From Candidatus Electronema halotolerans (GTDB taxonomy: Bacteria; Desulfobacterota; Desulfobulbia; Desulfobulbales; Desulfobulbaceae), in contig OW818675.1 of NCBI GenBank assembly GCA_942493095.1, positions 2,970,001 to 3,002,000 of the forward strand: DNA of 32,000 nt, written 5' to 3'. Position numbers and translations under genes: made by a program. The notes beneath the pieces were generated by a model, which was given only the letters and a program-made list of their open reading frames with translations, made no database searches and had not been told where the DNA came from. Within the stretch, counting starts at the first letter, position 1. Each line of letters opens with the position of its first letter. This document shows positions 23,573-32,000 of this stretch, piece by piece.

Positions 23573-24853
23573 TCATCTGGAGCGCGGCGACCAGCGCGGA
23601 TAGGACTGACTGCCGGGCAGCCGGAAAAGGACCCGCTCGCCTTGGCCGTTGGCCATGATGGCGCAGATTTCCATCTGACCGTTTTTTTTCCGGGAAAAGG
23701 CGATCTGTCTGCCGTCCGGCGACCAGGATGGCGACTCGTAATCGCCATAGCTGGAGGTGATCCGGGTCGGCGAGCCGCCCTCGGCGGAAATGGTGAAAAT
23801 ATGATAATGACCGCCGTTCAAGCTGGTGTAGGCGATTTTATCGCCTTTAGGCGACCAGGACGGCTCCACATTTTCCTTCCCCTGCAAGGTCAGCAGGCGG
23901 GTGCTGCCGCTGCGCAGGTTCATCAGATAGACCTGCGGCCTGCCGCTGCGGTCGGAAACAAAGGCAATGGACTTGCCATCCGGGGAATAGGAGGGGGAAA
24001 CGTTGATGCCGGAGCGCTGCGTCAGGCGATCCTGAATCTGCCCCTGCATGTCAAGCCGATAAAGATCAGGATTGCCGTCCTTGCTCAGGGTGACGATCAT
24101 GCTTCTGCCATCCGGGGCAAAGGCTGGAGCCAGATTCATGCCTTCCCGCCGCGACAGGGCCTTGGTCAGCTGGCTCTGGTTCAGATCGGTGATGTACAGA
24201 TTCTGGTTGCCGCGATGATAGGAGGAATAGGCCAGCAGGCGGCCATCCGGGGAAAAACGCGGCGAGACACAGAGATTGTTGTGCCGGGTTATCCGACGGA
24301 CATGACGGCCCAGCACATCGGCAATATAGATTTCCTTGCTGCCGGAGGCATCAGAGACAAAGGCGATGGAGGTGCGGCTGATGCCGGGTTCGCCGGTGAA
24401 GTCCTCGACCAGGGCATCGGCAAGCTGCAGGGCCAGCTCGTCCTGCTGCGAGGCCGGGCCGCTGAAGCGTCTGGCAGGAAGGGTTTTGTTGGCAGGCACA
24501 TCCAAGAGCGCGCCTTCGACAACCATTTTGCCGCCCTGATCAGAGACCTTGCCAAGCACCACATAATCTGCGCCGCTGCCGCGCCAGTCTTTGTCAGGTC
24601 CAGCCTGGCCTGCGTCAACAATACGGATGAAGCCGTGAAAATCAAGACCCTTGATCAGCATCTTGGCAATATCCCTTCCTGCGCTGCCGCCAGTGAACGG
24701 CGGCACTGCCACGGCCAGCTTGCGCACCCCGGAGCTGGCAATATCCAGCTCGATGCGCTTTGCCGCCGCAGGCGAGCTGAAACAGAGCAGCAGCAGGACA
24801 AGGAAAAAATGGAAGAGCGCGGACATCCAGGAACTGCGGTCTGTTGTGTGCAT
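23573..24853 (-). CDS. tolB: Tol-Pal system beta-propeller protein TolB
   Basis: A signal peptide and N-terminal TolB domain are followed by repeated propeller blades (SPRFSPDGRLLAYSS, APAFAPDGRSMIVT, SPSYSPDGKSIAFVSDRSGRPQVY, EPSWSPKGDKIAY, SPSWSPDGRQIAF). Confidence 0.9.
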   Translation of the reverse strand: MHTTDRSSWMSALFHFFLVLLLLCFSSPAAAKRIELDIASSGVRKLAVAVPPFTGGSAGRDIAKMLIKGLDFHGFIRIVDAGQAGPDKDWRGSGADYVVLGKVSDQGGKMVVEGALLDVPANKTLPARRFSGPASQQDELALQLADALVEDFTGEPGISRTSIAFVSDASGSKEIYIADVLGRHVRRITRHNNLCVSPRFSPDGRLLAYSSYHRGNQNLYITDLNQSQLTKALSRREGMNLAPAFAPDGRSMIVTLSKDGNPDLYRLDMQGQIQDRLTQRSGINVSPSYSPDGKSIAFVSDRSGRPQVYLMNLRSGSTRLLTLQGKENVEPSWSPKGDKIAYTSLNGGHYHIFTISAEGGSPTRITSSYGDYESPSWSPDGRQIAFSRKKNGQMEICAIMANGQGERVLFRLPGSQSYPRWSPRSR

Positions 24854-24871
24854 GGTTTTATAAAAAGAAAA

Positions 24872-26380
24872 TTATGTCAAGCCTTTAGGCGTGAAGTTCA
24901 GTTCAAATTCCAGCTTTGGCTCCCGAATCAGAGCCGGGAAGTCAGGCAAGGGCTCGGCACTGCGCAGGGCCTTGAGCACAGACTGGTCAAACAGGGCATC
25001 GCCGGATTTTTTCTCAATTTTTATATCGTCAATCGCCCCTTTTTTGCTGACGGTCAAGGCAACCACGGTTTTCAGGCCCTTGCTGGCCGCCATCAATTCC
25101 GGCAGCTTCCAGCAGCTGCTGATTTTATCATTCAAGGATGCAGCATAGCGATTCAAGACAGCAGGACTGGAGCCTGCACCCCGGCCATTGCCGCCGGTGC
25201 CAGCCGCTGAAGCTGGGCCGCTGCCGTGAACTGCGGCCACGACCGATTTGACCGCCGCATCTTCCTGGAGAGCACGGGCTAACTGTGCTCTGGCCTGCGC
25301 CGCCGCCTGCTGGGCCTGCTGGGCTTCCTGTTCAATCCGTTTCGCCTCTGCCAAGGCCTCGCGCCGTTTCTGCTCGGCCAACTGTCTGCGAGCCGCCGCC
25401 GCTTTTTCAGCCTTTTCAGCGGCAGCCTTTTTCTCTTCCGCCAATTTAGCCGCTTTAACCTGCGCCTCTTTCTTCTTAGCTTCAGCGATTTTCGCCTGCT
25501 CGACCTGCCGCGCTTTTTCCGCAGCAGCCTTTTTTTCTTCCGCCAATTGAGCCGCCTTGACCTGCGCCTCTTTTTTCTTGGCTTCAGCGATTTTCGCCTG
25601 CTCGACCTGCCGCGCTTTTTCCGCAGCAGCCTTTTTTTCTTCCGCCAATTTGGCTGCTTTAACCTGCACCTCTTTTTTCTTAGCCTCGGCAAGCTGCAGC
25701 TCTTCAGCCTGCCGCGCCGCCGCTTCCTTTTTCTTAGCTTGTTCAGCAACCGCTTCTTTTTGCACCGGAGGCGCAGCTTTCTGCTTCTCCGGGTTGAGCG
25801 AAACAGCCTCCTTGGGCGCAGCCTGCGGTGCTGCCACTGCTTTCTTGACCGCCTGCGCCGGTTTGATGACCTCAATCTTTGCCACTGTCTGCTGCGGGGC
25901 CGGTTTTTCCGGCTCAGGAGCTACCGCTGTCTTGACTTCCACCTTTTCCACGGTCTTTTCAACCACCACCGGCAAAGGCGGCTCCGGCTTGCTCTCCACC
26001 ACAGGCTTGGGCGGCGGGGCAACCGCCTTTTTCACCGCATTATGAGGCCGGATGATCTCCACCGTTTTCGCAACAGGCCGGGCCGGTTCCGGTTCCGGCT
26101 CCGGCGCAGGTTCCGCAACAGGGGGCGGCTCAGTGACTGGCGCGGCCTCTTTGGCTGCCGGGGGGGCAGGGCCGGATTCATTCATGCTGATCAAATCGAC
26201 CGTGACAATGTTTTCCAAATTGAATTTAGGCCTGCTGTCGGTCAGGTTCTGCAACACTGCCGCGCTGCCAAACAGGGCAAGATGGAGGGCCACTGCCAGA
26301 TTCAGCGGCCACTGCCAGCCAGCGCCGTCATCGCGCTGGGCCAGAAAAAGCTCCCATTCATCACGCCGCATTACGCTCAT
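24872..26380 (-). CDS. tolA: TolA-like cell-envelope integrity protein (TonB/TolA C-terminal domain)
   Basis: An N-terminal TM anchor (WPLNLAVALHLALFGSAAVL) is followed by a Pro-rich spacer and a long Lys/Ala/Glu helical domain. The C-terminal TolA/TonB-like domain reads NRYAASLNDKISSCWKLP...VVALTVSKKGAIDDIKIEKKSGDALFDQSVLKALRSAEPLPDFP. An ATGA overlap joins it to tolR. Confidence 0.75.
   Translation of the reverse strand: MSVMRRDEWELFLAQRDDGAGWQWPLNLAVALHLALFGSAAVLQNLTDSRPKFNLENIVTVDLISMNESGPAPPAAKEAAPVTEPPPVAEPAPEPEPEPARPVAKTVEIIRPHNAVKKAVAPPPKPVVESKPEPPLPVVVEKTVEKVEVKTAVAPEPEKPAPQQTVAKIEVIKPAQAVKKAVAAPQAAPKEAVSLNPEKQKAAPPVQKEAVAEQAKKKEAAARQAEELQLAEAKKKEVQVKAAKLAEEKKAAAEKARQVEQAKIAEAKKKEAQVKAAQLAEEKKAAAEKARQVEQAKIAEAKKKEAQVKAAKLAEEKKAAAEKAEKAAAARRQLAEQKRREALAEAKRIEQEAQQAQQAAAQARAQLARALQEDAAVKSVVAAVHGSGPASAAGTGGNGRGAGSSPAVLNRYAASLNDKISSCWKLPELMAASKGLKTVVALTVSKKGAIDDIKIEKKSGDALFDQSVLKALRSAEPLPDFPALIREPKLEFELNFTPKGLT
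25409..25690 (-). repeat. 2.8 copies of a 102-nt (34-aa) tandem repeat in the TolA helical domain
   Basis: AEAKKKE(V/A)QVKAA(K/Q)LAEEKKAAAEKARQVEQAKI occurs twice, followed by a 26-aa partial copy. The plus-strand string cgacctgccgcgcttttt recurs at 25501 and 25603. Confidence 0.9.
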
Positions 26381-26823
26381 TTGTCCGCACCTCCTGCATT
26401 GTCTTCATCCGGCGAAGTCACCATGCCCAATTTGGTGAAACCAGCCCGTTTAATCTGCGACATGACCTCCACCACCTTGCCATAAGGCACATCCGTGTCC
26501 GCCTGAAGGTAAATCGGCTCCTCTTTTTTGTCTGGAGAATATTTTTCCAGCTCTGAAAAAAGCATGGACAGGCTAATCACCACGTTATCGTTGCCAACGG
26601 CAATTTTCCCGTCAGCACTGACGATCACCATCAAAGGATCCCCTTTCTGCGGCAGGGCCTCAGCAGTGATTTTCGGCAGGTTGATGTCAATGCCTTGGGT
26701 CATCATGGGCGCAGTGACCATGAAAATGATCAGCAGCACCAGCATGACATCCACCAGCGGAGTCACATTGATCTCCGCCGCCAGTCTCCGGCGGTCTCTG
26801 CCGCCCAAAGTTCCCATTCCCAT
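26377..26823 (-). CDS. tolR: TolR (ExbD/TolR family biopolymer transport protein)
   Basis: 148 aa with AEINVTPLVDVMLVLLIIFMVTAP...DINLP...ISADG...Y.., the canonical ExbD/TolR layout. It lies between tolQ and tolA. Confidence 0.85.
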   Translation of the reverse strand: MGMGTLGGRDRRRLAAEINVTPLVDVMLVLLIIFMVTAPMMTQGIDINLPKITAEALPQKGDPLMVIVSADGKIAVGNDNVVISLSMLFSELEKYSPDKKEEPIYLQADTDVPYGKVVEVMSQIKRAGFTKLGMVTSPDEDNAGGADK

Positions 26824-26863
26824 GACTGATTATTTCAGTGTGCGTTGGCTGGATGGACAGCGG

Positions 26864-27559
26864 CTATGCTCTGGTCAGCATGTCGCGTTCGATCAAATTG
26901 AGGAAGTCAGAAGAAAAGTTTTCTATTTCTCCTTCAAAATCAAGCACTTTCTTGGAGTAGAAATTATAGAAGATCACTGCGGGAATGGCCACGGCCAGTC
27001 CGGCGGCAGTGGCGACCAAGGCTTCAGAAATGCCGGGCGCTACCACGGACAGCGATGCCCCGCCTCGTGCGCCGATCTCTTGGAAAGAGACCAAGATGCC
27101 CCAGACTGTGCCGAAAAGACCGATAAACGGGGTTGCGCTGCCCGCAGTGGCGAGAAAGGCCAAAGAACGCTCCAGCCGCTCCAGTTCAATGAGCTGGGCC
27201 TTGCGCACCGCCCGCTTGAGATTGTCCAAGACGGCCAGCTTTGTTTGCAAAGTTTCTGGCTTTTCCGCCCGTTCGTTGCGGGCCGCGCTGATTTTGCGCA
27301 GCTCATTGAAGCCGGAAACAAAGACTGCCGCCTCCGGGCTGTCCACAGCCGCCTTGGCTGATTCATAGGCATTGTTCAAGGTTTTTGATTCCCAGAAATC
27401 AGCGAGGAAATCGTCAGAGGCCCGGCTGGAACGACGAAAAAGCAGATATTTGGCAATGATGATCCACCAAGAAATCACAGAAAACAGCAGCAGGGTGAGC
27501 ATGACCAGCTTGACAACAAGCCCGGCATTGGCCATCATGCTGAAAACAGTGAGATTCAT
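26864..27559 (-). CDS. tolQ: TolQ (MotA/TolQ/ExbB proton-channel family)
   Basis: Three TM helices and the conserved C-terminal half LERSLAFLATAGSATPFIGLFGTVWGILVSFQEIG...VAPGISEALVATAAGLAVAIPAVIFYN. The track ORF starts at 27634. The internal ATG at 27559 (MNLTVFSMMANAG...) gives the usual length of about 231 aa. Confidence 0.85.
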   Translation of the reverse strand: MNLTVFSMMANAGLVVKLVMLTLLLFSVISWWIIIAKYLLFRRSSRASDDFLADFWESKTLNNAYESAKAAVDSPEAAVFVSGFNELRKISAARNERAEKPETLQTKLAVLDNLKRAVRKAQLIELERLERSLAFLATAGSATPFIGLFGTVWGILVSFQEIGARGGASLSVVAPGISEALVATAAGLAVAIPAVIFYNFYSKKVLDFEGEIENFSSDFLNLIERDMLTRA

Positions 27560-27827
27560 GAAGTTTGCTCTGCAATGGTAAGTGGTTGAATTTTTGGCAT
27601 GATCCAAAGGCCGAGATCGAATCCGGGGGAGCACGCTGCCGCGCTGTCAGCAGGAAACAGCGGCGGGCCGGAATGTTTCTGACAAATTATAGCGGCTTCT
27701 GAGAATTGTGTCGACCCCCATCTCAATATAGTGTACATAGCCGGGAAGAAAAGCAAGTGCTTTGTCCGCTGTTTTTCGCTCAGGCGCAAGAAAGGGAAAT
27801 CATCCAGAAAGACAACGGGAGATTTTT

Positions 27828-28778
27828 ATGACAGATGCAAGCTCAAGCTATGACGTGATCATTGTCGGCGCAGGCCCTGCCGGCATCCAAGCAGCCATTC
27901 ACGCGGCCCGCAGGAAAACCCACGTCCTGCTCTTGGGCCGGATTGCCAGCAGCGCGCTCTACCCGGCCCATGTGGAGAATTACGCCTGCATTGAAGGGGT
28001 TGCCGACGGGCGGCAGCTCTTGGAAGCAGGCTTGACCCAGGTGCGGCGGTTTGGGGCTGAGGTGCTGCCGGAAGACCTGCTCAAGATCAGCCAGGAGGAG
28101 GACGGCCTTTTTGCCGTGGAGCTGGAAAGCGGCAGAATCGCCCGCAGCCGCAGCCTGATTCTGGCAATGGGCATGGCCAAAAGCAAGCTCAAGGTGCCGG
28201 GCGAGAGCGAGTTTGCTGGCCGGGGCGTGAGCTATTGTGTTGACTGCGATGCCAATTTTTTCCGGGGCGCAACCGTGCTGGTGGTCGGCAGCAGCAGCGC
28301 GGCCATTGACGGTGCCCTGACCCTGCTTGATTATGCTGGCAAAGTCTATTTAGCTGCGGAAGCCCTGAATGTGTCGGCAGAGCTGCGCCAGCGGCTGGAG
28401 CAGAGCGCGGTGGAGCTGCTGGCAGGCCGCCGGGTGCAGGAAATTCAAGGCAGTGAAAAGGGGGTGGAGGCGGTCCTTTTGGACAACGGCGGAACGGTCA
28501 AGGTTGACGGCGTGTTCATCGAGCTTGGGGCCAAAGGCGCGCTGCAGCTTGCCGCGCAGCTCGGTGTGCAGATGGATATGGAACAGTTCAAGCATATTGA
28601 GGTCAACCGGAAGCAGGAAACCAATATTCCAGGCATTTACGCTGCCGGAGACATCACCGGCACACCCTATCAGATGGCCAAGGCTGTGGGCGAAGGCTGC
28701 GTGGCCGGAATCGAGGCGGCCATGCACGCCCGCAGGATGAAGCAGGCCGGCACAGCAGACGAGAGCTGCCCGTCCTGA
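27828..28778 (+). CDS. thioredoxin-reductase-like flavoprotein with degenerate NADPH-binding motifs
   Basis: The FAD motif is YDVIIVGAGPAGIQAAIHAAR, the redox CxxC is SYCVDCDANFF and the C-terminal FAD motif is GIYAAGDITG. GSSSAA stands where TrxB has GGGN(S/T)A, and there is no HRRxxxR motif. GGGAGA lies 7 nt upstream of the ATG at 27828. The track start is 27762. Confidence 0.8.
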   Translation: MTDASSSYDVIIVGAGPAGIQAAIHAARRKTHVLLLGRIASSALYPAHVENYACIEGVADGRQLLEAGLTQVRRFGAEVLPEDLLKISQEEDGLFAVELESGRIARSRSLILAMGMAKSKLKVPGESEFAGRGVSYCVDCDANFFRGATVLVVGSSSAAIDGALTLLDYAGKVYLAAEALNVSAELRQRLEQSAVELLAGRRVQEIQGSEKGVEAVLLDNGGTVKVDGVFIELGAKGALQLAAQLGVQMDMEQFKHIEVNRKQETNIPGIYAAGDITGTPYQMAKAVGEGCVAGIEAAMHARRMKQAGTADESCPS

Positions 28779-29267
28779 CATTGCCAGCAGATTGGTGGGC
28801 AAGCAAAAAGACGCTTGTCCACCCTGCGGTGCGTGGTTTCGTGTGAAAGGGAGCCGGAAGGACAAGGGGAGGCCGGATGCGTCAGGTTGCGGAAAAAAAA
28901 GGTGTTGCGGAAAAATTTTCTCAAGTATATATTCAGCCAGTTGACTTTGCGTCGTCATGCGGCTCGTGGTGAAATTTCTTGTAATTTTGGATACGTGCGC
29001 ACTGTTGGAATATCTCCTTGAATCTGCGTTGTTATTTGATAAAACCTCCTCCAAAATGAGGCAAAACCGAGCCGAATCAGAGGAGGTTTCCAGAAAACGT
29101 TTGGCAACTGCCTGATTTTTCTGGCACGAAAACAGGCAGGGTCACAATGACACTCCGGGGCGTCCTGGGTTATGACGGTATTTCGGCGCATTGCACGGAC
29201 AGTCGCGTCATTTCCCTCAGCATTTTCTGAACGCAGTGCCATCCATCCGCAGTTCTCCTTGCACCAG

Positions 29268-30140
29268 ATGATCACCCTGCAAGCACCGGCCAAAATCAAT
29301 CTCTATCTGAAGATTCTCGGCAGGCGGCCTGACGGCTACCATGAGCTGGAAACGCTCATGCAGAAGGTTGCTCTGTATGACGAGCTGGAGCTGTCTTTGG
29401 CCGACAAGCCGGGGATTTCGCTCTCCTGTCCGGGCACAGACCTGCCAAAGGATGAGCAGAATATCGCTTTCCGGGCCGCCCGACTCTTTCTGGCCCACAG
29501 CGGTAAAGAAAATCAGGGATTGCAAATAATCCTGCACAAACGCATCCCGATGGCGGCAGGGTTGGGCGGCGGGTCCAGCGATGCGGCGGCAGTGCTGAAA
29601 GGACTGAATCAGCTCCTTGCCGCTGGCTGTTCTGCTGAGGAGCTGGCAGAAATGGGCTTGCAGCTTGGTGCGGACGTGCCCCTGTTCATCTATGATTACC
29701 CGGCAGCGTGGGCCACAGGCATCGGCGAGCGGCTGGAAGCGGCTGCACCGCTGCGCGGCTGCAAGGTGCTGTTAGTCAATCCGGGCATCGCGGTTTCAAC
29801 CAAGTGGGCCTATCAAACTTTTGCCCAAATTTCTGGACGAATTGCATTGACAGAAGCCGCCGCACCGTTTACATTGTCAAATCCTTTATCGCAAGCACAG
29901 CGGCATCTGCCGCCGGAGCTGTTCAATGATTTGGAGGCAGTCACTGCGGCCCGGCACAGCACGATCAGCACCTTGAAAAAACGGCTTTTAGCTGCCGGAG
30001 CCAAGGGAGCTTTGATGTCTGGATCAGGCTCCACAGTCTTTGGCCTGTTTGCCGACCACACAGCAAAACAGGCTGAACAATGCTGCCACGAATTGAAAAA
30101 AGAATACGGACAGACTTTTCTTGTTGCGCCGTTGCTGTAG
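29268..30140 (+). CDS. ispE: 4-diphosphocytidyl-2-C-methyl-D-erythritol kinase
   Basis: MITLQAPAKINLYLKILGRRPDGYHELETLMQKV...ILHKRIPMAAGLGGGSSDAAAVL...GADVPLF...MSGSGSTVFGLF carries the GHMP-kinase motifs of IspE. The track ORF begins at 29172, but the family N-terminus aligns with the ATG at 29268. No clear SD is present. Confidence 0.88.
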   Translation: MITLQAPAKINLYLKILGRRPDGYHELETLMQKVALYDELELSLADKPGISLSCPGTDLPKDEQNIAFRAARLFLAHSGKENQGLQIILHKRIPMAAGLGGGSSDAAAVLKGLNQLLAAGCSAEELAEMGLQLGADVPLFIYDYPAAWATGIGERLEAAAPLRGCKVLLVNPGIAVSTKWAYQTFAQISGRIALTEAAAPFTLSNPLSQAQRHLPPELFNDLEAVTAARHSTISTLKKRLLAAGAKGALMSGSGSTVFGLFADHTAKQAEQCCHELKKEYGQTFLVAPLL

Positions 30141-30183
30141 GAACGGCCCTGTCCGCAGCGAAAATTCGCAAGATTGACAGGCA

Positions 30184-30258
30184 TGGGGTGTCGTCAAGCG
30201 GTAAGACACAAGGTTTTGATCCTTGCATTCGGGGGTTCGAATCCTCCCACCCCAGCCA
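30184..30258 (+). tRNA. tRNA-Gln (anticodon UUG)
   Basis: Hand-folded cloverleaf:
- acceptor TGGGGTG/CACCCCA
- 3-bp D stem GTC/GAC
- anticodon stem CAAGG/CCTTG with loop TT-TTG-AT
- T stem GGGGG/CCTCC with loop TTCGAAT
- discriminator G and an encoded CCA. Confidence 0.95.
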
Positions 30259-30293
30259 TCTTTGCGCAGGAAGCAGTGCGATAAGGAATTGAA

Positions 30294-31232
30294 ATGCCCA
30301 ATATAATGAAGGTATTCACCGGCAACGCCAACCCGGAGATTGCGCGGGAAATCTGCAATTATTTGGACATGCCGCTCTCCAGTGCCGAGGTGCGGAAGTT
30401 CAGCGACGGCGAGATTTCCGTTGAGATCGGCGAAAATGTGCGGGGCACGGATGTCTTTGTCATCCAGCCCACCTGCACCCCGGTCAACGATCACCTGATG
30501 GAGCTGGTGATCATCGTTGATGCGCTGCGCCGGGCTTCAGCGCGGCGGATCACCGCTGTTCTGCCCTATTACGGCTATGCCCGCCAAGACCGGAAAATCC
30601 GGCCACGGGTGCCCATCACCGCCAAGGTGGTGGCGGAAATGCTGATGGCGGTCGGCACGAGAAGGGTGCTCTGCATGGACCTTCATGCCGGACAGATTCA
30701 GGGTTTTTTCACCATTCCGGTGGATCATCTGTATTCCTCCCCGATCATGCTGGAACACATCCGCAAGAATTTTGACGACGTGGTCATGGTTTCGCCGGAT
30801 GCGGGCGGTGTGGAGCGCACCCGCGCCTTTGCCAAGCGGCTCAATGCGGATTTAGCCATTATTGACAAGCGGCGCGAGCGGGCCAATGAATGCGAGGCCA
30901 TGAATGTCATCGGCAACGTGAACGGCAAAACCGCCATTCTCTTGGATGACATGGTCGATACCGCAGGCACCCTTTGCGGCGCGGCGGCCAAGCTCAAGGA
31001 AAAAGGGGCGAAAGAAGTTCACGCCTGCTGCGCCCATGCCGTGCTTTCCGGGCCAGCCATTGAGCGGATCAACAATTCGGAAATCAAATCGCTGGTGGTG
31101 ACCAATTCCATCCCTCTGGGCGACAAAGGCGAACGTTGTCCCAAGATTAAAGTGCTTTCTGTGGGCGAGCTGCTGGGCGAGGCGATCAGCCGCATTCATT
31201 CTGAGGACTCAGTCAGCTACCTCTTTGTCTGA
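30294..31232 (+). CDS. prs: ribose-phosphate pyrophosphokinase
   Basis: [15 protein letters not shown]...[21 protein letters not shown]...NDHLMEL...[24 protein letters not shown]... and DMVDTAGTL are present. AAGGAA lies 5 nt upstream of the ATG. Confidence 0.95.
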   Translation: MPNIMKVFTGNANPEIAREICNYLDMPLSSAEVRKFSDGEISVEIGENVRGTDVFVIQPTCTPVNDHLMELVIIVDALRRASARRITAVLPYYGYARQDRKIRPRVPITAKVVAEMLMAVGTRRVLCMDLHAGQIQGFFTIPVDHLYSSPIMLEHIRKNFDDVVMVSPDAGGVERTRAFAKRLNADLAIIDKRRERANECEAMNVIGNVNGKTAILLDDMVDTAGTLCGAAAKLKEKGAKEVHACCAHAVLSGPAIERINNSEIKSLVVTNSIPLGDKGERCPKIKVLSVGELLGEAISRIHSEDSVSYLFV

Positions 31233-31340
31233 GCCGCCTTGCCGCGCAGAGAAGATGGACAGAGATATTGCAGCCAGGACTGGTGCCTGCGCTGAAAAAA
31301 GAGTTTCTCGACATATTTTGATGAACTGGAGAACAAGATC

Positions 31341-31895
31341 ATGATTCAGGTGAACATGTCGGCTGCAAAGCGGACGGCGTTTGGCAAAGGCGAGTGCCGT
31401 CGGCTGCGCATGGCGAAAAAGACCCCGGCGGTGATTTACAGCAAGGGTGAGCCAAGCCTGCCCCTGCTGTTCGATGAGACAGTCCTGTACAAAGACCTGC
31501 TTTTCATCCACCGCCGCAACGCGGTGGTCACGCTGCATGTTGAAGGGGATGAGAAAGAGAGCCGTCATGCCATGGTTCAGGAAATTCAGAAAGCTCCGGC
31601 AGTGGAGCGGGTCCTGCATGTGGATTTTCTGGAAATTGACCTGAACAAGCCGGTCTGCTTGGAAGTGCCTTTGCAGGTTACTGGCACCGCCAAGGGCGTG
31701 GAAATGGGCGGCGACCTGACCGTGACCAAGTCGTCAGTCACGCTGCGCGGCTGTCCTTTGGACATTCCTGATGAGATTGTCGCTGACGTGACCGCCTTGG
31801 ACAAGGGCGACCATCTGACCTGCTCCGCCCTCACCGTTCCAGCCAAGGTGGAGATGCTCGACGATCCGGCCACGGTCTGCGCCTCAGTGGCCTGA
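31341..31895 (+). CDS. rplY: 50S ribosomal protein L25 / general stress protein Ctc
   Basis: 184 aa: ...RTAFGKGECRRLRMAKKTPAVIYSKGEP...LHVEGD..E.RHAMVQEIQKAPAVERVLHVDFLEID... followed by the Ctc-type C-terminal domain. GGAGA lies upstream of the ATG. It follows prs as in the conserved prs-ctc(-pth) cluster. Confidence 0.9.
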   Translation: MIQVNMSAAKRTAFGKGECRRLRMAKKTPAVIYSKGEPSLPLLFDETVLYKDLLFIHRRNAVVTLHVEGDEKESRHAMVQEIQKAPAVERVLHVDFLEIDLNKPVCLEVPLQVTGTAKGVEMGGDLTVTKSSVTLRGCPLDIPDEIVADVTALDKGDHLTCSALTVPAKVEMLDDPATVCASVA

Positions 31896-31953
31896 CCCAA
31901 GCCGCACAGACTTTTCTGTCCGCATTCCACCTGCCTTGCGGGCAGCATTGAGA

Positions 31954-31990
31954 AACCGGAAGAACCTGCTTGGTTCCTCCGGTTTTTTTA
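31954..31990 (+). terminator. rho-independent terminator after rplY
   Basis: ACCGGAAGAACC-tgctt-GGTTCCTCCGGT is followed by TTTTTTT. Confidence 0.7.
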
Positions 31991-32000
31991 TGGGCAAGAC

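Noticed and set aside
25248-26485. Several plus-strand ORFs (up to 312 aa) and an alternative minus-strand frame (25279-25875) over tolA.
   Set aside because: They arise from the Lys/Ala/Glu low-complexity repeat region (translations such as RRRSRKQ… or FFLASA…). The TolA frame has the TM anchor and the C-terminal TolA/TonB domain.
29122-29138. Sigma-54-like sequence TGGCACGAAAACAGGCA upstream of ispE.
   Set aside because: The -12 element is off. There is no TTGC, and the GC sits one position out of register with the GG-N10-GC spacing. It also forms part of the CTGCCTG/CAGGCAG inverted repeat.
1-32000. CRISPR arrays, rRNA genes, integrases and IS elements with terminal inverted repeats.
   Set aside because: None was found on reading either strand. 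The only regularly spaced repeats are the in-frame coding repeats in the TPR protein and in TolA.

Overview
The window is a chromosomal segment of a fairly GC-rich Gram-negative bacterium. Gene content and order (Tol cluster, ispE-tRNAGln-prs-ctc, cbi genes) look Desulfobacterota/Proteobacteria-like, but that placement is low confidence. All family calls come from reading motifs in the supplied translations; no searches were run.

Housekeeping blocks:
- rpmH-rnpA-yidD-yidC
- recA-folA
- a NitT/TauT-type ABC importer with an embedded DoxX gene
- cbiL-cbiF
- trpE-trpG
- rpsT
- tlyA
- tolQ-tolR-tolA-tolB-cpoB, with no pal
- a TrxR-like flavoprotein
- ispE-tRNA-Gln-prs-rplY(ctc)

Accessory material sits between these blocks:
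1. A 345-aa LAGLIDADG intein splits recA inside the conserved KIGVMFG/(N/S)PETTTGG motif.
2. A translationally coupled two-gene module, an ABC/OLD-type AAA ATPase plus a DUF4276-like (TOPRIM-like) protein, lies 12 nt upstream of an ABC permease gene. It is a PARIS/OLD-like candidate defence pair.
3. An island of about 6 kb (12065-17945) lies between cbiL and trpG. It encodes:
   - a 1329-aa CHAT(caspase-like)-STAND NTPase-TPR protein, whose C-terminus is an array of near-identical 105-nt repeats with variation confined to a few codons
   - a RelE/ParE-type toxin-antitoxin pair
   - a small EACC1-like protein
   - a frameshifted Rpn/PD-(D/E)XK nuclease gene
4. An A+T-rich gene for a REC-like/HATPase/cNMP-binding protein sits next to rpmH.

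The CHAT-STAND-TPR locus and the ATPase/DUF4276 pair are the best candidates for an uncharacterised conflict or defence system.
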